A stretch of DNA of 33,052 nt from a virus: IMG/VR virus record IMGVR_UViG_3300045988_025843, positions 1-33,052 of that record. One strand, given 5' to 3'. The notes beneath the pieces are model-generated. The model made no database searches. It was not told where the DNA came from and worked only from the letters and a program-made list of their open reading frames with translations. Positions 6,973 to 16,202 of this stretch are shown in pieces. How positions within the stretch are numbered: the stretch's first letter is position 1; each line of letters opens with the position of its first letter. Position numbers and translations under genes: made by a program.

Positions 6973-7197
6973 ATGAAAGCAATTGATTTAATTTTCAGAG
7001 AAACGATGACCGAGGGTCAATTCGAGATGAAGAGCCACGTATTAGTATTTATAGACGAGGCAGGCAACGAGTATAGCGATACTTTTTCAGAGGTACGCCA
7101 TAACGGAAGATTCGAAGCATACCAATACAACGGTATGGAATACCAGCACATGCAGGACCTTTTAGAAGCTATTTTCTTAAATAGTGTTAACAAGTGA
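6973..7197 (+). CDS. Hypothetical early protein
   Basis: 74-aa ORF, the first gene after ncRNA locus A. No motif was recognised. Confidence 0.6.
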   Translation: MKAIDLIFRETMTEGQFEMKSHVLVFIDEAGNEYSDTFSEVRHNGRFEAYQYNGMEYQHMQDLLEAIFLNSVNK

Positions 7198-7227
7198 ACC
7201 AACGTATTAGCAAAAGCGTTATATTTG
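7196..7227 (+). promoter_or_regulatory. Early-class promoter cassette (GAACCAAC-N16-TATATTTG)
   Basis: GAACCAAC lies at 7196-7203 and the -7 box TATATTTG at 7220-7227. The conserved leader CATCAACAATTTAAAAAG follows, then the ATG at 7254. Confidence 0.7.
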
Positions 7228-7253
7228 CATCAACAATTTAAAAAGATAAAGCT

Positions 7254-7511
7254 ATGGAAGAACAAAAGTTTATTATCGACGAAGTGAAAAAGCATTTGCA
7301 GGCGAGAGCGAGGAAGAACAAATGCCGAGTTATTGATGCAGCGCAGGAAATGCCGACGTTTGAGGGATTTATACTCCCTTACTACGCCTCTACAATGGAA
7401 GGAGCGAAATACCCGGTAAACGTAGAAGAAATGTATATCTACTGTGACGAGTGGGAAGAGTTCTATAACGAGACAGTAGCCAAGGTCGCACAAGCCATTC
7501 TGGAAGCCTAA
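7254..7511 (+). CDS. Hypothetical early protein
   Basis: 85-aa ORF behind its own promoter cassette. Confidence 0.65.
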   Translation: MEEQKFIIDEVKKHLQARARKNKCRVIDAAQEMPTFEGFILPYYASTMEGAKYPVNVEEMYIYCDEWEEFYNETVAKVAQAILEA

Positions 7512-7561
7512 CAAATCAAGGAAGCGTAAATTAGTTATTCACCATATAAAAAGAAAAGAAA

Positions 7562-8131
7562 ATGAAGATTACACCGTTAACAATCGATTTTGACGTTACA
7601 AACGCACAAGAAGTAGAGTTTGTAAATGACCTAATGAACCGTCTATTTGGAAGTGCACCGCTTAAGGCTACGGCAGCGCCTACAGAAAGCCCCGTAAACA
7701 GTACAAGCGTACCGACGTTTAGTGAACCGACACAGACCGCTGCGCCCGTTCAAGAATTTAAGAAGGAAGCCACAGCGGTAGCTATTGCAGAGGAAACAAT
7801 AGTAGACGCCATCGCGGAAGTGAAGAAGGAAATGAAAAAGCCCGAAAAGGTAGCAAAGCCAAAGACCGTAAAGGAAGCCCCACAAGCGACGATTGAACCC
7901 GAACCCGTACAAGCTCCCCTCGAAGAGGAGAAAGCCCCGGAGAAAGCCTCAAACGAGCCTCTAACGGCGAAGGACATGCAGGCGTTCATGATTGATATGA
8001 TGAAAACCGGGAAAATCACTCGTCCACAATTAACGGATATCATGCTTGAGTTCGGCGGCGCGTCCCTTATGCGTATCAAGCCCGAGAAGTACGAGCTATT
8101 GAAACAACGTATTGAAACCTATAACGATTAA
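7562..8131 (+). CDS. Hypothetical protein with a long Pro/Glu/Lys/Ala-rich central region
   Basis: 189 aa with structured-looking termini and a low-complexity centre (..KPEKVAKPKTVKEAPQATIEPEPVQAPLEEEKAPEK..). It lies directly upstream of the nuclease gene. Confidence 0.65.
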   Translation: MKITPLTIDFDVTNAQEVEFVNDLMNRLFGSAPLKATAAPTESPVNSTSVPTFSEPTQTAAPVQEFKKEATAVAIAEETIVDAIAEVKKEMKKPEKVAKPKTVKEAPQATIEPEPVQAPLEEEKAPEKASNEPLTAKDMQAFMIDMMKTGKITRPQLTDIMLEFGGASLMRIKPEKYELLKQRIETYND

Positions 8132-8136
8132 AAAGA

Positions 8137-9315
8137 ATGAAAGTACAAGTAGACCACACAAGTAGGGCACACGCCCTACTTTCCCCGAGCAGCTCGCACC
8201 GCTGGCTTAACTGCACACCTTCCGCGCGATTGGAGGAACCGTATGAGAGCACGAGTAGCGCGGCATCAGAAGAGGGAACGGTAGCGCATGAGTTGGCAGA
8301 GTATGCGATAGAAAAGTATTTATCCGGGGAATACCTACCGTTATTGGACGAATTGCCCGTACCCGACGAAATACGTAACAACAAATACTATAGTTCAGAA
8401 ATGGAACACTACATAACCGACTACGTTTGCTACGTGTGTGACATATACGAGTTGGAGGAAGGCGCTAAAATGAGTATAGAACGGAAGTTCGACCTAACAA
8501 CATACGTTCCCGAGTGTTTTGGTAGCTGCGACTGCGACATAGTAGGCGAAACGGTTCTAAATATCATAGACCTAAAATACGGAAAGGGCGTACAAGTGGA
8601 CGCTGATTGGAATAGCCAATTAATGATGTACGCTATCGGGGTGCTTAACTCCTTAGAACCATCGCACCGCGCAAAGATTGAAACGGTACGCATGCACATT
8701 GCACAAGTACGGTTAGGCAATTACTCGGTATTCGAGACGTCCGCACGGGACTTGACCCACTGGGCGATACACGTACTACGCCCCACCGCCGAAAAGGCAT
8801 GGGCAGGACAAGGGGAAACCAAAGTAGGCAGCCATTGTAAGTTCTGCAAGTTCAAAGCGCAATGCAGGGCACAGAAAGATGCTTTAGTTAGCGAGTTCGA
8901 GGCACACGGGGACGCCAAGGCGTTAACTCTTGACGAGATAGGCGATATACTAAGCAAGTCCGATATGTTCACCGACTGGCTGGCATCGGTCAAGACTTTC
9001 GCAATGCAAGCCGCCACAAGGGGCGAAAAGGTCAAGGGGTGGAAGCTCGTAGAGGGAAGGTCAGCACGTGTAATAAACGACACGGAAACAGCTATAGAAC
9101 GCCTAAAAGCTTTAGGTTTCTCAACCGAGGACATAACTAACAGCAAACTGAAAGGTATCGGAGACCTGGAACGGCTCGTAGGTAAGAAACCGCTCGCCGC
9201 TGCGCTTGACGGGCTGATAGTCAAGCCAAAAGGGATGCCAACATTAGCCCCGGAAAGCGATAAGCGCGAGGCGCTAAGCCCTACTATTGACGACTTCGAG
9301 AAATTAAATTCATAA
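8137..9315 (+). CDS. PD-(D/E)XK nuclease with a Cas4-like Cys cluster (DUF2800-type)
   Basis: It carries CDCDIVG...IIDLKYGKG (a D...D/E-x-K core) and C-terminal CKFCKFKAQC plus an N-terminal Cys, as in Cas4/RecB-family 4Fe-4S nucleases. At 392 aa and positioned before the DUF2815-like SSB, it fits a known phage replication module. Confidence 0.75.
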   Translation: MKVQVDHTSRAHALLSPSSSHRWLNCTPSARLEEPYESTSSAASEEGTVAHELAEYAIEKYLSGEYLPLLDELPVPDEIRNNKYYSSEMEHYITDYVCYVCDIYELEEGAKMSIERKFDLTTYVPECFGSCDCDIVGETVLNIIDLKYGKGVQVDADWNSQLMMYAIGVLNSLEPSHRAKIETVRMHIAQVRLGNYSVFETSARDLTHWAIHVLRPTAEKAWAGQGETKVGSHCKFCKFKAQCRAQKDALVSEFEAHGDAKALTLDEIGDILSKSDMFTDWLASVKTFAMQAATRGEKVKGWKLVEGRSARVINDTETAIERLKALGFSTEDITNSKLKGIGDLERLVGKKPLAAALDGLIVKPKGMPTLAPESDKREALSPTIDDFEKLNS

Positions 9316-9330
9316 AAGAAGTTAACGAAA

Positions 9331-9362
9331 GAACCAACCTATCAGATAAAGCGTTATATTTG
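9331..9362 (+). promoter_or_regulatory. Early-class promoter cassette (GAACCAAC-N16-TATATTTG)
   Basis: GAACCAAC lies at 9331-9338 and TATATTTG at 9355-9362, followed by the leader GTTATCAAATTAAAAAC. GTTAACGAAAGAACCAAC is identical to the copy at 21089-21106. Confidence 0.7.
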
Positions 9363-9388
9363 CGTTATCAAATTAAAAACAAAACGAT

Positions 9389-9697
9389 ATGAAAAGTAAC
9401 AACGGTATCCTAACAGAGAAAGAGATTCAAGAAAGAACAAAGTTTTGGAGTAAAAAGCAGTTCCGCACATGGAGCAAGAAAGAACTTGAAAGAACCTCTA
9501 AATACATGCAAAATCTTTTGGTAGCCCTAAAGGAATTCAGTATGGACGAGATTAAGGCTATTAGAAAGTTAGACCGGTATGGCTTTGATTCATACTACAA
9601 AAATGACCCGAAGTATATCGTACGGATGGCAGACCAAAGAGACTTAGATTATGCTATTTTGATAGCGCCAAAAACTTTTAAAGTTAAACAAGGTTAA
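9389..9697 (+). CDS. Hypothetical protein
   Basis: 102-aa ORF behind a promoter cassette. Confidence 0.65.
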   Translation: MKSNNGILTEKEIQERTKFWSKKQFRTWSKKELERTSKYMQNLLVALKEFSMDEIKAIRKLDRYGFDSYYKNDPKYIVRMADQRDLDYAILIAPKTFKVKQG

Positions 9698-9702
9698 CAG
9701 AG

Positions 9703-9730
9703 TAAACAACCTATTTATTTGTTATCTTTG
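9703..9730 (+). promoter_or_regulatory. Promoter cassette variant (AAACAAC, 20-nt offset, -7 box TATCTTTG)
   Basis: TATCTTTG lies at 9723-9730, followed by the leader CACCATCAAATTAAAAAC. The upstream TAAACAAC starts at 9703, an offset of 20 nt rather than 24. Confidence 0.6.
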
Positions 9731-9793
9731 CACCATCAAATTAAAAACGGAACGCCCGAACCGATTAGAGGGCAAAAACAAAAATTGTAGAAT

Positions 9794-10327
9794 ATGAAAG
9801 CAATGATTAAGAACGTGAGATTGAGTTATGTTAGATTGTTTGAAGCGCAACAAGTCAACGGACAAGGAGAAGCAAGTTACAGTGTATGCTTATTGATTCC
9901 GAAGGATAGCCCGGAAGTCCCAAAGATTAAAGCAGCTATCGAAGCCGAGTTTTCAACTCTTAAGGCACGTTATCCGAAGTTGAACGGCAAAGACCCGAAG
10001 GTATGGGCTAACCCATTAAGAGATGGGGATGCTGAGAAAGACGGCGCAGAGTATCAAGGTTGCTACTTTATCAACGCAAAGCGTAAAGAGAAGCAAGGCG
10101 CGCCTATCGTAATCGACGGTAAGAAACAGTACATCACAGACCCGAATGAGGTTTATAGCGGTTCTTGGGGCAACGTAGCCGTATCTTTCTATCCTTATGA
10201 GTTTACCGGGAAATACGGTATCGGTGTAGGTTTGAACGGTGTGCAGAAGACAAGAGACGATGAAAGACTGGATGGTGGTATAAGCCTTGACGATTTTGAT
10301 TTCGAAGACGACGACCTTTTCAACTAA
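9794..10327 (+). CDS. ssDNA-binding protein (DUF2815 / T7 gp2.5-like)
   Basis: The N-terminus MKAMIKNVRLSYVRLFEA is characteristic of DUF2815 phage SSBs. The acidic C-terminal tail (DDFDFEDDDLFN) is typical of gp2.5-type SSBs. Confidence 0.75.
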   Translation: MKAMIKNVRLSYVRLFEAQQVNGQGEASYSVCLLIPKDSPEVPKIKAAIEAEFSTLKARYPKLNGKDPKVWANPLRDGDAEKDGAEYQGCYFINAKRKEKQGAPIVIDGKKQYITDPNEVYSGSWGNVAVSFYPYEFTGKYGIGVGLNGVQKTRDDERLDGGISLDDFDFEDDDLFN

Positions 10328-10353
10328 CAATTCAATTAGACAGAATAATAACC

Positions 10354-10372
10354 GGGCGGTGTAATGCCGCCC
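10354..10372 (+). other. GC-rich hairpin after the SSB gene (no downstream T-run)
   Basis: GGGCGG (10354-10359) pairs with CCGCCC (10367-10372) around a 7-nt loop. It is followed by an A-run rather than a T-run, so it is not a canonical + strand terminator. Confidence 0.35.
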
Positions 10373-10389
10373 AAAAATAAAAAGCAAAA

Positions 10390-11490
10390 ATGGGGAAATA
10401 CGATTCGTACGTAAACGAAGAAGGTGTTAGGATTTCAAAGGTAACGGGAAAACCGTTGAAAAAGTATAATAAGGTCAACAAGGCATACTGGGCAGCTCGT
10501 GAAGGCAAAGCATTAGTAGGGGTACAGCAACCTATAGTAGAGGTAGACCCGTTGATAGAGGAGCTTAAAAGCTATTACAACGAAGAAGAATTAAGGGGTA
10601 TTATCGGTTTGAAGAAAGACGCGCCGCCCGTCGAACTGGTACACATCACACCGAAGAAAAAGACATCACTCGACGAGGGAAACACTGGGTTTCTTATTGC
10701 ATCAGACTGGCATGCCGACGAAGTAGTAAAGGCATCTACGGTATTGGGCAAAAACGAATATAACAAGGGTATCGCAGAAAAGCGTATCACTAATTTCTTT
10801 GCGAATGCCGCCTATATGATAAAGAAAAAGCCAGTAGATAACTTGGTTATCGGTTTGATTGGCGATATGATAGGCGGCTACATTCACCCCGAACTCGAAC
10901 AGACAAATAGCATGCCCCCGATGCGCGGTGTTAACTTCGTTAAGAGCCTAATTATTTCCGGGCTTAAGTATCTGCACGACCAACTGCCGGAACTTGAAAA
11001 GATAACCGTCATCGGTATTTGCGGAAACCATTCAAGAACTACAAAAAAGATGCAGTTTAGCAACGGTTTCGAGATGAATTATGAATATTTCATGTACAAG
11101 GACATCGAACACAACCTAACACTTATGGGGCTGACAAAATTCAGTTTCATTATCCCCGAAAGTGAATTTGCTTATATCGACGTGTACGGAAAGAAAGTGT
11201 TATTCGCACACGGGCATCAATTCCGCACGGCTGGCGGTATCGGAGGCATTTACCCGTCAATGATGCGCTGGTACGCAAAGATGAACCAAACAATACAAAT
11301 TGATAAAGCCTTTATCGGGCATTACCACCAAATGATATATACTAAAGAGGTTTGCGTAAACGGTTCTTTGAAGGGTTTCGACGCGTTCGCAATGGGGCAC
11401 GGACTGGCATATGAGGAACCGCAACAAACATACGTTATTCTGAACGAGAAGCGAGGCTTTATTTTCTACTCGCCTATTTTTGCAGATTAA
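10390..11490 (+). CDS. Calcineurin-like metallophosphoesterase (Mre11/SbcD-like)
   Basis: The ordered motifs SDWHAD, GDMIGG, GNHSR, HGHQF and GHYH match the phosphoesterase signature D-x-H / GD / GNH / H / GH. Confidence 0.8.
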   Translation: MGKYDSYVNEEGVRISKVTGKPLKKYNKVNKAYWAAREGKALVGVQQPIVEVDPLIEELKSYYNEEELRGIIGLKKDAPPVELVHITPKKKTSLDEGNTGFLIASDWHADEVVKASTVLGKNEYNKGIAEKRITNFFANAAYMIKKKPVDNLVIGLIGDMIGGYIHPELEQTNSMPPMRGVNFVKSLIISGLKYLHDQLPELEKITVIGICGNHSRTTKKMQFSNGFEMNYEYFMYKDIEHNLTLMGLTKFSFIIPESEFAYIDVYGKKVLFAHGHQFRTAGGIGGIYPSMMRWYAKMNQTIQIDKAFIGHYHQMIYTKEVCVNGSLKGFDAFAMGHGLAYEEPQQTYVILNEKRGFIFYSPIFAD

Positions 11491-11494
11491 GTTA

Positions 11495-11546
11495 AAAAGG
11501 CTACTAATTGTTAAATAAATGCAATCAGTAGCCTTTCTTCTTGTTT
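11495..11546 (+). terminator. Rho-independent terminator after the phosphoesterase gene
   Basis: AGGCTACT (11498-11505) pairs with AGTAGCCT (11527-11534), flanked by an A-run upstream and the T-rich tract TTCTTCTTGTTT downstream. Confidence 0.7.
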
Positions 11547-11550
11547 ATTA

Positions 11551-11633
11551 AAAACATTGTCGTACCTTTGCCGTTATAATGGTATTAACAGTTAAAACAT
11601 TGTCGTACCTTTGCCGTTATAATGGTATTAACA
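11551..11633 (+). repeat. Exact 40-nt direct repeat x2 (43-nt period), each copy carrying TACCTTTG; tandem promoter candidates for the polymerase operon
   Basis: 11551-11590 is identical to 11594-11633 (AAAACATTGTCGTACCTTTGCCGTTATAATGGTATTAACA). The partial string TTAAAACA at 11635-11642 resembles the TTAAAACA that spans the junction into copy 2. TACCTTTG lies at 11563-11570 and 11606-11613, and each copy also contains TATAAT. Confidence 0.9.
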
Positions 11634-11649
11634 ATTAAAACAATGAGTT

Positions 11650-13668
11650 ATGAGACATTTATTCATCGACTTTGAAACGTATTCCGAAACGGACATTAAA
11701 AGCGCTGGTAATTATAAATACTGTGAGGACATGAATTTTGAAATTCTCCTTTGCGGATACATGTGGGACACAGATACGGAGGTTTCAATTATCGACTTAA
11801 CGAAGCCCGGAGGACTGGACGAGTTTAACGAGCTGTTCCTATATGTACAGAACAACGAGGACGTTGTGATAGTCGCGCACAACGCTACATTTGAGCGTAT
11901 CTGTTTGCGTGAATATGGGTTTGACATAAGCCCTATGCGCTTTTTCTGTACGGCTAACATGTCATTGTATTGTGGTATGCCGGCATCATTGGAAGCGGTA
12001 TCCAATATTCTGAACCTGGACGATAAGAAGAAAGGCACGGGCAAAAACCTTATCCGTTACTTTTCTATCCCTTGCAAACCCACCAAAACAAACGGAGGGC
12101 GCACACGTAATATGCCGGATCACGCCCCCGAGGACTGGAAAGAGTTCATAGATTACTTGCGATATGATGTGCTTTCTGAAAAGGAGATATTCGGTAAGTT
12201 GTCCCGGTTTGAATTCCCGGAAGAAGAGCAGCGAATTTATGCAGCTGACCAACGAATAAACGATTATGGCATATTGGCAGACCTTGATTTAGCACACGCC
12301 GCGCAAGATATGGACGAAGAATATAAGGCACGTCTTACTGAAAGAGCCGAAAAGGAATACGGGTTAAGCTCCTTAAAGTCCATGCCTCAGCTTAAGGGCT
12401 TCATTAAAGAGCGTACGGGCGTGGTTATCGATTCCCTCAATAAGAATAGCATCGAAGAGGTGGTAAAGACCGTAGCGAGCCTTAAAAACGTTACTGACGA
12501 GGATAAGCAAGCAGTGTTAGACGTTATCGACCTACGTAGGGAGATAGGCAAAACGTCGAACGCCAAGTACACCGCCATACTCGCAAGCGCCGGGAGGGGC
12601 AACCGTATCAGAGGTTTGTTCCGTTATTACGGGGCGAACCGTACCGGGCGATGGGCTGGGCGATTGGTTCAACTACAGAACCTACCGCAAAACCACATTG
12701 AAGACCTGGACGGGGCACGAGAACTGGCAAAGATGCACGATCTGGATATGATGGAAGTTATATACGACAAACCGACGCATATACTATCGCAGCTTATACG
12801 TACCGCGTTTATCGCCCCCGAAGGGTACACGTTCGCTGTAGCTGACTTCTCGGCGATTGAGGCACGTGTAATTGCCTGGGTTGCTAATGAGCAATGGCGT
12901 TTAGACTTATTTAACGACCCGAAGGCTGATATATATTGCGCTTCTGCGTCTAAAATGTTCGGTGTCCCGGTACACAAGGGCGACGACTTAAGGCAGCGCG
13001 GTAAGGTAGCGGAGCTTGCACTCGGATACGGCGGCGGCGTTAACGCCCTTACCACAATGGATATTAAAAAAGCGTTAGCAGATGAAGAAAAACCTCAAAT
13101 ATTGTCAAAATGGAGAGAAGCTAATAAAAAAATAGTATTTTTGTGGCGTTCGTTAGAAGACAGCGCAAAAAGATGTATCGGAACAAGGCGTGAACAAGTC
13201 TATAAAATAGACGATGTTTCAAGTATTATATTTCGATATGAGAGCGGCGCAATGACTATTGAACTACCAAGCGGTAGAAAGCTGTTCTACCCGTCTGCAA
13301 GAATGGGAAAACGTACTATCGAGGGCGTTAACGGCTCGTTTGAGGTTGAGGATATATCCTACATGGGTCAAGACCAAACCTCCGGGAAATGGGTTAAGCT
13401 AAACACATACGGAGGCAAGTTAACCGAGAACGTTGTGCAGGCGATAGCCCGTGACTTGCTGGCGAATGCGATTTTTAAGGTATTTGATTTAGGCTTTAAT
13501 ATCGTGTTGCATGTTCACGATGAAATAGCCGCCGAAATACCGAAGGATGGAAACGAAGAAAAGACGCTGCAAATAATGAGTGATGCCATGTGCAGCGCCC
13601 CGAGCTGGGCAAAGGGCATACCATTAAGAGCAGCAGGTTATATTACTGAATATTACAAAAAAGATTAA
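11650..13668 (+). CDS. Family A DNA polymerase with 3'-5' exonuclease domain
   Basis: The exonuclease motifs are FIDFETYS, HNATFE and YLRYDV. The polymerase motifs are A (FAVADFSAIEARV), B (RQRGKVAELALGYGGG) and C (VLHVHDEI). Confidence 0.9.
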   Translation: MRHLFIDFETYSETDIKSAGNYKYCEDMNFEILLCGYMWDTDTEVSIIDLTKPGGLDEFNELFLYVQNNEDVVIVAHNATFERICLREYGFDISPMRFFCTANMSLYCGMPASLEAVSNILNLDDKKKGTGKNLIRYFSIPCKPTKTNGGRTRNMPDHAPEDWKEFIDYLRYDVLSEKEIFGKLSRFEFPEEEQRIYAADQRINDYGILADLDLAHAAQDMDEEYKARLTERAEKEYGLSSLKSMPQLKGFIKERTGVVIDSLNKNSIEEVVKTVASLKNVTDEDKQAVLDVIDLRREIGKTSNAKYTAILASAGRGNRIRGLFRYYGANRTGRWAGRLVQLQNLPQNHIEDLDGARELAKMHDLDMMEVIYDKPTHILSQLIRTAFIAPEGYTFAVADFSAIEARVIAWVANEQWRLDLFNDPKADIYCASASKMFGVPVHKGDDLRQRGKVAELALGYGGGVNALTTMDIKKALADEEKPQILSKWREANKKIVFLWRSLEDSAKRCIGTRREQVYKIDDVSSIIFRYESGAMTIELPSGRKLFYPSARMGKRTIEGVNGSFEVEDISYMGQDQTSGKWVKLNTYGGKLTENVVQAIARDLLANAIFKVFDLGFNIVLHVHDEIAAEIPKDGNEEKTLQIMSDAMCSAPSWAKGIPLRAAGYITEYYKKD

Positions 13669-13672
13669 ATCT

Positions 13673-16111
13673 ATGGATTTACGAAAAATGACTTTTAAAA
13701 TTGCTACCGCGAGCAGCGCAAAGTCTACTTCATGGAAAAACCGCTCCTTCTCATGGGACGAGTTAACCGAGAAGCTGGCAAGGGCAAAGGTTACGGATGA
13801 GACGTACCGGGAGTTCATAAGCGCGAGCAAAGCCGAGCAGGGTAACATTAAAGACGTAGGCGCATTCATGGGCGGCGAGTTATTCGGTAGCCGTAGAAAC
13901 AAAAACAATGTCGGGGAACGCTCTATTTTGGCTCTCGATATTGACTACGGCGAAAAGAACTTTCCCGAGGCATTCTACTCGGTTATTAATTGCGCATGTA
14001 TCATTCACGGGACGCACAAGCATAACCCGAAGGCAAATACATTTCGATACCGTGTTATCATTCCGTTGTCTGAACCAGTGGACGGGGAACAATACGAAGC
14101 CATCGCCAGAAAGGTTGCGGAATTAACGGGTATTGACTTGTACGACAGAACGACGTTTCAACCCGAGCGCTGTATGTTTTTCCCATCGGTTTCCCGGGAT
14201 GTGGACTATGAGTTTATAGATTACTCGGCGTTCAACGAAAACCCTTTGGACGTGCAAAAGTATTTGGGCATGTACGACGATTGGAGCGATACAACCGAAT
14301 GGGCATACCATAAGGACGAGAAGGGCGAAGCCCGGACGCTTGCTAAAGAACAACAAGACCCCACATTAAAAGAGGGTAACGTAGGTGACTTTTGCAGAGC
14401 CTACACGATTAGCGAGGTTATCGCGGAATACCTATCGGACGTTTACGAACCTACCGAGCAGGAGGATAGATGGACTTATACGGGCGGTTCCACGTCGGGC
14501 GGCATGATTACCTTCAATGATATGTTTGCTTATTCGTTCCATAACAATGATCCGATACAAGGCAACCATGTGTTTAATGCCTACGACCTTGTACGTGTGC
14601 ACAAGTTCGGCAAACTGGATAAGGGCGCGGATAGAAAGAACTCCACCGAGGCTATGAACGAACTTGTAAACAAGGACCCAAAGGTGGCAGCGGCGCGTGC
14701 CCGTATGCTGGCGGTTAAGGCTGGCGAAATAATGGACGATTTCGACGACGTTATAGAAGTAGAGGAGGCAGCGGACACCGATGTGGCAATGACATACGAG
14801 GACGCTATGGCGAAACTCGAAACGGGTAAGCGCGGCGCTTACCTCCCGTCTGCAAAGAATTTAGGGTTGATAATGAAGTACGACCCGAACCTAAAGGGGC
14901 TTATTGCACGAGACCTATTTAAAGAACGCCGGGTTGTTACCCGTGTACCCATATGGCGCGCGAAGGATAGTTCTTTGGACTTCCAGGATGTGGACTACTC
15001 GGGCGTACGTAAACACATTGAAGACGTTTACGGTATATCCAACAGTGCGAAGATTGACGATGCCATAGCACTATCTGCGGAAATGAATTCTTTCCACCCA
15101 GTGCAGGAATACCTAACCAAATTAAAATGGGACGGTATCGAACGCGTGGATAAGGCGCTTATCCATATTATGGGAGCGGAAGATAACATATACACCCGTG
15201 AAGCATTCCGTATCATGATGGTTGGCGCGGTTAAGCGTATCTTCCAAAAGGGATGCAAGTTTGACAGCATGTTAGTGTTGCAGTCCGAGCAGGGCGCCGG
15301 AAAAAGCACATTTATCCGAAAGCTGGGTAAGCAATGGTTCTCCGATAGCCTTTCAAGCATGGACGGTAAGGGCGCGTTTGAACAATTGCAAGGTAATTGG
15401 ATATTGGAGGTCGCGGAGTTGTCAGCAATGAGACGTTCAGAGGTTGAGGGGGTGAAAAACTTCATTTCCAAAACAGAGGACAGCTACAGACCAGCGTACG
15501 GACGTGTTACGAAGAACTTTCCCCGGCAGTGTATTTTCATAGGTACAACGAATAGGGACGAATTCCTAAAGGACGATACGGGCGGCAGACGCTTTTTGCC
15601 CGTGAAGGTTAAGGCGAACGCCAATACGCATCTTATCTTTGAGAAGGGATTCGACGAATATGTAGACCAGCTATGGGCGGAGGCAGTCCAAATGTATTTC
15701 CGCAAAGTAAGTACGCTACTATCTCGCGAAGCCGAGGAAATCGCCGAGAGAGGACGCGAAGAGCATTTCGAGGCAGACCCCCGTACCGCATCAGTAGAGG
15801 CGTATTTGGACATGCTTGTGCCCTCGGACTGGAGACGAATGTATGTGAATGAAAGGCGCATGTACTTTAGGGGGTACGACGCATCAAAGATAGACCCGGA
15901 AGATTTTACACTGGAAAAGATGGACTTCGTATCTATTATGCAAATAGCTACAGATGTGTTCGAGATGGAAGTAGGGCGCGTAACGACCAAGGAAAGCCGC
16001 GAGATAGCGGCTATCATGTCTAAGGTACAAGGGTGGCAACGCGCAGCGAATGGAAAAACCGTCGCAGGCATCGGACGCGTACGAGGGTTTGAACGTATTG
16101 TTAACGAGTGA
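13673..16111 (+). CDS. Primase-polymerase / VirE-D5-like helicase fusion
   Basis: 812 aa. The N-terminal part has AEP-like ILALDIDYG and IIHGTHKH. The C-terminal part has the P-loop SEQGAGKST and Walker B ILEVAELS, as in VirE/D5-type phage primase-helicases. Confidence 0.8.
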   Translation: MDLRKMTFKIATASSAKSTSWKNRSFSWDELTEKLARAKVTDETYREFISASKAEQGNIKDVGAFMGGELFGSRRNKNNVGERSILALDIDYGEKNFPEAFYSVINCACIIHGTHKHNPKANTFRYRVIIPLSEPVDGEQYEAIARKVAELTGIDLYDRTTFQPERCMFFPSVSRDVDYEFIDYSAFNENPLDVQKYLGMYDDWSDTTEWAYHKDEKGEARTLAKEQQDPTLKEGNVGDFCRAYTISEVIAEYLSDVYEPTEQEDRWTYTGGSTSGGMITFNDMFAYSFHNNDPIQGNHVFNAYDLVRVHKFGKLDKGADRKNSTEAMNELVNKDPKVAAARARMLAVKAGEIMDDFDDVIEVEEAADTDVAMTYEDAMAKLETGKRGAYLPSAKNLGLIMKYDPNLKGLIARDLFKERRVVTRVPIWRAKDSSLDFQDVDYSGVRKHIEDVYGISNSAKIDDAIALSAEMNSFHPVQEYLTKLKWDGIERVDKALIHIMGAEDNIYTREAFRIMMVGAVKRIFQKGCKFDSMLVLQSEQGAGKSTFIRKLGKQWFSDSLSSMDGKGAFEQLQGNWILEVAELSAMRRSEVEGVKNFISKTEDSYRPAYGRVTKNFPRQCIFIGTTNRDEFLKDDTGGRRFLPVKVKANANTHLIFEKGFDEYVDQLWAEAVQMYFRKVSTLLSREAEEIAERGREEHFEADPRTASVEAYLDMLVPSDWRRMYVNERRMYFRGYDASKIDPEDFTLEKMDFVSIMQIATDVFEMEVGRVTTKESREIAAIMSKVQGWQRAANGKTVAGIGRVRGFERIVNE

Positions 16112-16202
16112 TAACAGAGAGGGGCGTAAAAGCCTCCAAATGTTAACTAACTGTTAACAGAATAACTAAATGAAATTTATCTCTTAAATGGTGTTAACGG
16201 AA

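Noticed and set aside
13908-14126. Internal + strand out-of-frame ORFs nested in confident genes: 13908-14126, 20750-20941, 28692-29042 and 31702-31905.
   Set aside because: They are fully nested in out-of-frame positions inside genes with clear domain motifs. They have no start context and no independent support.
16112-16200. Cluster of GTTAAC sites and a weak GC hairpin (GAGGGGC...GCCTC) after the primase gene, considered as a terminator or operator.
   Set aside because: The stem is only about 5 bp including a wobble pair, and no T-run follows. GTTAAC occurs elsewhere in the genome without any pattern.
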